Below are positions 48,131 to 54,541 of a DNA stretch of 54,541 bases, piece by piece; the stretch's first letter is position 1, and each line of letters begins with the position of its first letter. The stretch is from Gammaproteobacteria bacterium (GTDB lineage Bacteria; Pseudomonadota; Gammaproteobacteria; GCA-002705445; GCA-002716945). Under the pieces are notes generated by a model. It saw nothing but the letters and a program-made list of their open reading frames with translations, was not told the DNA's origin and ran no database searches. The translations under genes were made by a program, and so were the position numbers. The DNA is taken from contig JAQWOB010000023.1 in NCBI GenBank assembly GCA_029246085.1, positions 1-54,541 on the forward strand, given 5' to 3'.

Positions 48131-49077
48131 AATAATGCTCCGCCGCAGCTACTCCCAGACCCAGCTGTACACCCATAACAGTGATCTGCTATATTTATTT
48201 TATCTAAAATATTGATTTTAGATAACATTGATATGTGTTTTTTTATATTGTCACTTAGATTTATTCCAAGCATTTGATTAAAATCACAATCATATATATA
48301 TCCCTCATAATCAATGCTTATCAAAGATTTGCACATTAAGTGATTAAGAGCTTCTTCATTAAAGTTATTTTTCAGTAATTTCATATATGGATTAAATTCA
48401 TTTTTAGTTATTAGTGTACTGCCAAATCTAGCTATAGGCATATTAGTTATTAAGTATAAATTATTAAAGACAATACCGTACTCTTCTTTCAAAATTTTTT
48501 TATATTTATTTTCTAAATCTAGTTGATTAGGCGGCAATATGGGACCTTGAGGATTATAAACAAGGTTGATTGCCAAATCTCTCTTATAACCATAGCCAGA
48601 TTTATTAAGTTTTTTTAAAACCTCAATGCTTTTTTTAAAAACACTTTTCCCCCTTTGGGCATCTACATTAGATTCTTCGTAGCAAGGCAAGGAAGCAATT
48701 ATCTCGACTTTATTATTTTTAAAAAAATCAAATAGATGAGTTTTCCCTGGTTCCAGTAGCACGGTTAAGTTACATCTATCAATTACATGACAGCCTAGTT
48801 TTTTTGCTTCTATAATTAAATATTCAAAATGATCATTAAGCTCTGGTGCACCGCCAGTTAAATCAATTGTTTTTATTTTAAACTTATTTATAGCAAGTAA
48901 TATTTGCTCAATTACCTTTAGAGACATCATTTCTTTTCTTTTAGGGCTAGCATTAACATGGCAATGGAGACATGCTTGATTGCATTTATAGCCAAGATTA
49001 ATTTGAAATGATTTTAATTGGCCCCTAGAAATATGAGGGAATTTCGTTTTTTTTAATAATGGGTAAACATCATGCAT
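48127..49077 (-). CDS. ArsS-like radical SAM protein with Cys-rich C-terminus (TIGR04167/DUF3641 type)
   Basis: QINLGYKCNQACLHCHV, DLTGGAPE, YDCDFNQ, HCYGCTAGSGSSCGG; ATG 49077 chosen. Confidence 0.88.
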   Translation of the reverse strand: MHDVYPLLKKTKFPHISRGQLKSFQINLGYKCNQACLHCHVNASPKRKEMMSLKVIEQILLAINKFKIKTIDLTGGAPELNDHFEYLIIEAKKLGCHVIDRCNLTVLLEPGKTHLFDFFKNNKVEIIASLPCYEESNVDAQRGKSVFKKSIEVLKKLNKSGYGYKRDLAINLVYNPQGPILPPNQLDLENKYKKILKEEYGIVFNNLYLITNMPIARFGSTLITKNEFNPYMKLLKNNFNEEALNHLMCKSLISIDYEGYIYDCDFNQMLGINLSDNIKKHISMLSKINILDKINIADHCYGCTAGSGSSCGGALL

Positions 49078-49091
49078 TGCTTGCGACTGAG

Positions 49092-49100
49092 TGTTATAAT
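49092..49100 (+). promoter_or_regulatory. Extended -10 element (TGtTATAAT) for the tldD/pmbA-like pair
   Basis: Consensus match 14 nt upstream of ATG 49115. Confidence 0.5.
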
Positions 49101-49114
49101 ATTTCAATAATAAC

Positions 49115-50548
49115 ATGAAAGATAATTTTATAAACCTAGTGAAACCATTATTGCCTAAGACGGACTATTGTTCATTTCGTTTTGTCAGCAAATATACCAA
49201 TATTATTTCTGCAACTAGAGGGGTTGTTGAGCCAGTTATTACCTCTGAAGATGATGGTTTAATGGTTACAATATTTCATAATGGTGGTTTTGGGTATGGG
49301 GCAACCAGTAATCTTACTCAACAAGGTATCTTGCAGGCTGTAGAATCTGCTAAGGAGTGGGCTGATTTCTCAAAAAATAAATTAACATACCGTCCAAATC
49401 TATCAAAATTAAAAAATCAGACTGGTAGTTATTATACGGAAGAAGAAGATAATTGGTCTAAAGTATCGATGAAAGATAAAGCAGATTATCTTTTGAGTGT
49501 CAATAAAGCTTTAAAGTCACAACCTACAATTTCTAATTGGGGCGCGAGTATGAGATTCAATAAAATAGAAACTTTGTTCATGGATACAAATGACTCACAT
49601 GTTAGACAAAAAATTTCATATCTATTACCTCAAATTATTGCTTCTGCTGAACATAAAAAAGAAATACAAACAAGAACGTTTGGGGGTCATGCGCATGCTA
49701 GACAGATAGGATATGACTTTATTGATCAAATAAATATGGTTCAAAAAGCTAAGATATTAGCAGAAGAGGCAGTAGAATTATCTAAATCTCCTAACTGTAG
49801 TGATAAAATTACTAATGCCGTTATAGCGCCAGATCAAATGATATTACAAATACATGAATCTATCGGACACCCTTTAGAGTTAGATAGGATTTTGGGTGAC
49901 GAGAGAAACTATGCTGGATCCAGTTTTGTTACTCCAGAAATGTTTGGAAAATATCAGTATGGCTCTAAACTTCTAAATATAACATTTAATCCAACACTTG
50001 AATCTGAATTAGCGTCATATAACTATGATGATGATGGTACAAATGCAGAAAAAAAATATTTAATTAAAGATGGATTATTGGTAAGACCTATAGGAGGGTT
50101 ATTTTCTAGCCAAAGGTTAGATTTAGATCATGTTGCTTGTTCTAGGGCATCAAATTGGAATAGACCTCCAATTGATAGGATGGGAAATATTAATCTAGAG
50201 CCAGGGGAAGATAGTTTTGAGGATATAATATCTTCTGTTGAAGACGGCATCTATCTTCAAACCAACAACTCATGGTCAATAGATGATAAAAGAAATAAAT
50301 TTCAATTCGGGTGCGAGAAAGGGACTTTAATAAAGAATGGAAAATTTGCTGGCGTTGTAAAAAATCCTAGTTATCGCGGAATAACAGAATCTTTCTGGCA
50401 AAATTTGTCAAAAGTTGGGAATAGTGAAAGTAATAATATTTTAGGGACATCTAATTGTGGCAAAGGAGAGCCTAATCAAACAATATTTGTTGGCCATTCT
50501 ACACCCGCATGCCTATTTGAGAATGTTGATGTATTTGGTGGCGTCTAA
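49115..50548 (+). CDS. TldD-like metalloprotease
   Basis: IHESIGHPLE (HExxxH), DDDG, PIDRMGN, NCGKGEP. Confidence 0.92.
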   Translation: MKDNFINLVKPLLPKTDYCSFRFVSKYTNIISATRGVVEPVITSEDDGLMVTIFHNGGFGYGATSNLTQQGILQAVESAKEWADFSKNKLTYRPNLSKLKNQTGSYYTEEEDNWSKVSMKDKADYLLSVNKALKSQPTISNWGASMRFNKIETLFMDTNDSHVRQKISYLLPQIIASAEHKKEIQTRTFGGHAHARQIGYDFIDQINMVQKAKILAEEAVELSKSPNCSDKITNAVIAPDQMILQIHESIGHPLELDRILGDERNYAGSSFVTPEMFGKYQYGSKLLNITFNPTLESELASYNYDDDGTNAEKKYLIKDGLLVRPIGGLFSSQRLDLDHVACSRASNWNRPPIDRMGNINLEPGEDSFEDIISSVEDGIYLQTNNSWSIDDKRNKFQFGCEKGTLIKNGKFAGVVKNPSYRGITESFWQNLSKVGNSESNNILGTSNCGKGEPNQTIFVGHSTPACLFENVDVFGGV

Positions 50549-51870
50549 TGAAAGATTACTTCCAAAAGATTTCCCATAAACTTTTCAATAGTTTAGAAAA
50601 AAATGAAATATTAATATTAAATTTTGATGCTGAAAAAACAGATTTTGTTAGATTTAATCATGCAAAAATAAGACAGGCTGGAAATGTAAATCAGGCAACA
50701 CTAACTCTAAATTTAATATTTAAGAGAAAAACATTGACATCAGTTATTCGCTTAAGTACAGATTTTGGAAAAGATTCACTTTTATTATTGAGAACTCTCT
50801 ATTATCTCAGAAGGGAAATTCCTGAGCTACCTGCAGATCCATATTTGATGTATGAAAGAAATATAAATTCATTTGAAAACGATATCACTAGCAACAAACT
50901 TGATGCTTATGCTATGACTGGAAATATTATTGATAGTTGCAATATGCTTGATATGGTTGGAATATTATCCAGCGGAACTATTATAAAAGGTTTTACTAGT
51001 TCCTTAGGGCAATTTAATTGGCATGAGAGTGAGTCATTTAATTTTGATTGGTCTATGTATACAGAATCTGGCAAAGCAATTAAGCAAAACTATTCTGATC
51101 AGGAGTGGAGTCAAAAAAGATTTACCGATTTGCTTTCAGAAAGTAAAGAAAAGTTAAAAGTAATAGACAATAAAGAAATTATACTTGAGCCTGGAAAATA
51201 TAGAGTCTATTTGTCGCCGTCAGCATTAAATGAAATTGTGGATATGTTGTCATGGGGTGGATTTAGTTATAAAGCAAATAAGATTGGTTCAAGCCCACTT
51301 CATTTAATGGAGAAGGGTGAAAGAAGTTTCAGCAAAATAGTTTCTTTTAGTGAAAATCTCTCTAATGGGATTTCACCAAAATTTCATTCTGATGGGTTTA
51401 TCAAGCCAGAAAAAACAGACTTAATCGTTAATGGTAAATATATTAACTCATTGGTATCACCAAGATCAGCCTTAGAATATTCTGTAAATCATAATGCTGC
51501 TGAATATTATGAGTCACCTGTATCTATTCATCTCAATAAAGGTTTAATAAATTCGAATAAGATTTTAGAGACATTAAAAGATGGAATCTATATCAGTAAT
51601 CTTTGGTATTTGAATTTTTCAGATCGAAATAATGGTAGGGTAACTGGCTTAACAAGATTTGGGTGCTTTATGGTAGAGAATGGAGAATATAAAGGGCCAA
51701 TTAATACTATGAGATTTGATGAGACAGTATATAATGTTTTTGGTGATAAATTAGTTGGCTTAACAGACAAGTCGCAGTTATTGATGGACTCAGGCACATA
51801 TGATGAGAGGTCAACCTATAGCTCTACAATTCCAGGAGCAATTGTTGAAGATTTTAAAATGACATTATAA
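50548..51870 (+). CDS. PmbA/TldE-like partner subunit
   Basis: RFNHAKIRQ, PGKYRVYLSP, TGLTRF; no HExxH; coupled to tldD-like gene. Confidence 0.88.
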   Translation: MKDYFQKISHKLFNSLEKNEILILNFDAEKTDFVRFNHAKIRQAGNVNQATLTLNLIFKRKTLTSVIRLSTDFGKDSLLLLRTLYYLRREIPELPADPYLMYERNINSFENDITSNKLDAYAMTGNIIDSCNMLDMVGILSSGTIIKGFTSSLGQFNWHESESFNFDWSMYTESGKAIKQNYSDQEWSQKRFTDLLSESKEKLKVIDNKEIILEPGKYRVYLSPSALNEIVDMLSWGGFSYKANKIGSSPLHLMEKGERSFSKIVSFSENLSNGISPKFHSDGFIKPEKTDLIVNGKYINSLVSPRSALEYSVNHNAAEYYESPVSIHLNKGLINSNKILETLKDGIYISNLWYLNFSDRNNGRVTGLTRFGCFMVENGEYKGPINTMRFDETVYNVFGDKLVGLTDKSQLLMDSGTYDERSTYSSTIPGAIVEDFKMTL

Positions 51871-51874
51871 TATT

Positions 51875-53233
51875 ATGATAAAAACAAGATTTGCGCCAAG
51901 CCCTACAGGATGGCTACATATAGGCGGAGTTAGAACAGCATTATTTTCTTGGCTATTCGCCAAAAGTCAGTCAGGTCAATTTTATATTAGAATTGATGAT
52001 ACGGACACATCAAGAAGCACGAAAGAATATTGTGATTCAATTATTTCAGCGTTACATTCATTAGGATTAAATTCAGATAGAGAATTAATGTACCAATCAA
52101 AAAGATTTGATGTTTATATAGATAAAATTGAATATCTATTAAATAATAATTTAGCTTATTATGATCAAGTTGAAGTAAATGAGAAAACTAAAGATACAAA
52201 TCTTGATATTCAGTATGAGAATAGATTAAATAAACTAGGACATGTTATTAGGTTTAAAAATCCTAAAGAAAACCCTGTTAAGCTAAAAGATTTAGTTCAT
52301 GGTGAAATTACGTTTAATCCGAAAACTTTCCATGATGTAGTTATTCTCAGGTCTAATGGCGTCCCAACTTATAACTTGACATCAGTAGTTGATGATACTG
52401 AGCTAGGCATTACACATATTGTTAGAGGCGATGATCATTTAAGTAATACCGCTATACAAATTAATCTATTCAAAGCATTTAATGAAACAGTTCCAGTTTT
52501 TGCGCACCTTGCCATGATTCATGGCGTAGATGGCAAAAGACTCTCTAAGAGGCATGGCGCCGTAGATATTAATTCTTTTCTTGATGAAGGTTACTTAGTA
52601 GAAGCCTTAATTAATTATTTAGTAAAAACTGGATGGTCGCATGGAGATCAAGAATTTTTCTCTACTGATGACTTGTTAAAATTATTTACAATAGATAAAG
52701 TTACAAAATCATCTGCTATATTTGATTATGACAAGCTTAATTGGCTAAATCAGCATTATATTAAAAATAAAGATTTGTCAGATATAGCTGATATGATATT
52801 ACCATATCTTACAGATTTAAATATTAAGGTAAGCGATAGGAAATACCTTGAAAATATTTTAAGCTTAGGGATTGATAGAGATTATAATTTAAAAAATATT
52901 GCATCAGGATTAACTTATTATTTTGAGAATGATTTAAATTATAAATCAGATGACTTTGTAAAGTTTGATCCCATAAAATCTAAAGCTGTTATTGAAAATG
53001 TTATAAAAAAAATATCAAATATTGATTTTGATAATAAAGAAAATATCAGTAATTGCATCAAAGAAGTCTGCTCTGATATGTCGCTTAAATTTAAAGACGT
53101 TGGTCCTGCCGTGAGGTTTGCCTTAACAGCACGACTCAAAGCTCCATCGATAGATGAATTATGCTTTACTCTGGGAAAAGATAAGGCATTGAAGCGTCTT
53201 AATGATTTCTATGCTTTTCTATCATTGGCTTAA
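51875..53233 (+). CDS. gltX: Glutamate-tRNA ligase
   Basis: RFAPSPTGWLHIGG, RIDDTD, RGDDH, RLSKRHG. Confidence 0.97.
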   Translation: MIKTRFAPSPTGWLHIGGVRTALFSWLFAKSQSGQFYIRIDDTDTSRSTKEYCDSIISALHSLGLNSDRELMYQSKRFDVYIDKIEYLLNNNLAYYDQVEVNEKTKDTNLDIQYENRLNKLGHVIRFKNPKENPVKLKDLVHGEITFNPKTFHDVVILRSNGVPTYNLTSVVDDTELGITHIVRGDDHLSNTAIQINLFKAFNETVPVFAHLAMIHGVDGKRLSKRHGAVDINSFLDEGYLVEALINYLVKTGWSHGDQEFFSTDDLLKLFTIDKVTKSSAIFDYDKLNWLNQHYIKNKDLSDIADMILPYLTDLNIKVSDRKYLENILSLGIDRDYNLKNIASGLTYYFENDLNYKSDDFVKFDPIKSKAVIENVIKKISNIDFDNKENISNCIKEVCSDMSLKFKDVGPAVRFALTARLKAPSIDELCFTLGKDKALKRLNDFYAFLSLA

Positions 53234-53338
53234 TCCATGTCACAGCTAGATAATATCTAATTTTTAGATTGAGCTTTTATAAATTACTTTTCTTATGTAT
53301 AATATTCGATATAAAAACCAATAATATTTATGATATAT

Positions 53339-53411
53339 GTCCCCATCGTCTAGTGGCCTAGGACACTGGGTTTTCATCTCAGCAACAGGGGTTCGACTCC
53401 CCTTGGGGATG
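53339..53411 (+). tRNA. tRNA-Glu (anticodon UUC), CCA not encoded
   Basis: Cloverleaf by hand: GTCCCCA/TGGGGAT acceptor, GTCT/GGAC D-stem, CTGGG-TTTTCAT-CTCAG anticodon arm, AGGGG-TTCGACT-CCCCT T-arm; TATAAT at 53298-53303. Confidence 0.95.
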
Positions 53412-53431
53412 CATATCATGGTAATCATTTT

Positions 53432-54004
53432 GTGAAAGAAAATTCTATAAATAATCCTAAACTGCCTAGTCAAAAATATTGCTCAGATTGCTCCTATCCG
53501 ATTAATATTGAAATCCCTGAGGGTGATACTAGAAATAGAGCAGTATGCAGTAAATGCAAAACAGTATTCTATGAGAATCCCAAGATTGTAGCCGGCTGCT
53601 TATTAACATGGGAAAATAAAATTTTGCTTTGCAAAAGGGCAAATGAACCGAGGTCAGGATTTTGGACTTTGCCAGCAGGATTTATGGAAAACCATGAAAC
53701 AGTTGAAGAAGGTGCTTTAAGAGAAACCATGGAAGAAGCTGGGGCACGTTCCAGTAATGCAAGATTATTTTTAATGTGTAACTTACCTCATATAAGTCAA
53801 GTTTATATGATGTATTATGGTGACCTAGATGATGGAATATATGAAGCTGGACTTGAAAGTTTAGAGGTGAAGCTCTTTGCTAAAGAAGAAATCCCTTGGG
53901 AAGACTTAGCCTTCACTGTGATTGAAAAAACTATTAAATTATATTATCAAGACTTAGAAAAGGGTAACATTGACATTCATTTTGATACTATAATAAAGAG
54001 ATGA
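53432..54004 (+). CDS. NUDIX hydrolase with N-terminal zinc ribbon
   Basis: CSDC..CSKC, YENP, LPAGFMENHETVEEGALRETMEEAG Nudix box. Confidence 0.92.
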   Translation: MKENSINNPKLPSQKYCSDCSYPINIEIPEGDTRNRAVCSKCKTVFYENPKIVAGCLLTWENKILLCKRANEPRSGFWTLPAGFMENHETVEEGALRETMEEAGARSSNARLFLMCNLPHISQVYMMYYGDLDDGIYEAGLESLEVKLFAKEEIPWEDLAFTVIEKTIKLYYQDLEKGNIDIHFDTIIKR

Positions 54005-54541
54005 GTAAAAATCTCTCTTATTTAAAATATTTTTTAATCTTATTATTGTTGCCTATTACTTCAATAGCGCATGATGATAAAGATGATAGGATAAAATTTT
54101 GGAAAGAATATTATCACCCAAAGCTCGAGGTACATCAAAATAATATTCCTGAGATTAAAATTTCTCTAAATAAAATTGGACCATTTTTCCAGCTTCAGTC
54201 AAAAGTAATAAACTTTACACTAACACCCGAACAAGATTTAAAAAATAATAATAGCTGGACTGGATATGGGAAATTATTTATAAATGGCATATATATAACA
54301 AGGGTTTATAGCGAATATCTTTTTTTAAAAGAAGTTCCTGTTGGTAATAATGAAATTAAAGTGATACTAAGTAGCAATATGGATGTTGATATTGCGCACG
54401 ATAGCAAGATTATCAGCGACTCAATTGTTTTTCAATTTCCTGAATATAATTTTGCAGAAGCCAGATCAAAAGCTTTTGGCCTATCTACACAGTGTGAATT
54501 TTCAGATAAAGGCTTGATTGCAAGAGATGAACTATCTAGAG
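54001..54541 (+). CDS. Exported hypothetical protein, 3' end outside the window (not in ORF track)
   Basis: ATGA overlap with NUDIX stop; open to the window end; MSKNLSYLKYFLILLLLPITSIA signal peptide. Confidence 0.75.
   Translation, partial: MSKNLSYLKYFLILLLLPITSIAHDDKDDRIKFWKEYYHPKLEVHQNNIPEIKISLNKIGPFFQLQSKVINFTLTPEQDLKNNNSWTGYGKLFINGIYITRVYSEYLFLKEVPVGNNEIKVILSSNMDVDIAHDSKIISDSIVFQFPEYNFAEARSKAFGLSTQCEFSDKGLIARDELSR

Noticed and set aside
48127-48190. Selenocysteine in the ArsS-like C-terminal SS(C/U)GG motif
   Set aside because: The codon is TGC (Cys). The terminal TGA is an ordinary stop overlapping the ATG of the DUF4399 gene.
46424-51870. RiPP cluster (radical SAM plus TldD/E protease)
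   Set aside because: No precursor peptide, RRE or SPASM motif seen; the rSAM belongs to a small-molecule (ArsS-like) family.
53264-53473. 69-aa minus-strand ORF
   Set aside because: Antisense shadow of the tRNA-Glu gene.
1-54541. Prophage, IS, integrase, CRISPR-Cas or defence systems; rho-independent terminators
   Set aside because: No such genes or arrays recognised, and no convincing GC-rich hairpin plus U-tract found by eye.

Overview
A very AT-rich (roughly 28-30% GC by eye) and extremely compact chromosomal segment. It most likely comes from a streamlined, probably marine, gammaproteobacterium, inferred from gene order (purM/hda, dapA-bamC, ypjD-rpsP-rimM-trmD-rplS, folK-panBCD, ccmDEFGHI). 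Most of it is housekeeping: cytochrome c maturation, Moco, purine, folate/queuosine, pantothenate, isoprenoid (dxs), LPS core, aaRS genes and a tRNA-Glu. I saw no CRISPR array, IS or prophage. Two accessory biosynthetic modules stand out. The first (6646-12387) is a 7-gene cluster: CDP-alcohol phosphotransferase, Zn-less MDR dehydrogenase, atypical PTPS/QueD fold, GT4, SAM methyltransferase, LPG-synthase-TM flippase-like protein and stand-alone RibD reductase. It looks like a pathway to an uncharacterised pterin/pyrimidine-derived glyco(phospho)lipid. The second (46424-49077) is an ArsS-type radical SAM operon with DUF4399 and two associated transferases. Other notable points: the canonical queD appears to need a non-canonical ATT start; trhO is coupled to a TrmR-like O-methyltransferase; there is an orphan SoxK-like protein, a ProRS without its editing domain and a GluRS without Zn ligands; several small ORFs were missed by the ORF track (ccmD, a zf-CHCC protein, a 34-aa membrane peptide); and ispA, ffh, pcnB and moaC are absent from their usual operons. 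All family calls come from motif recognition; no database searches were run.
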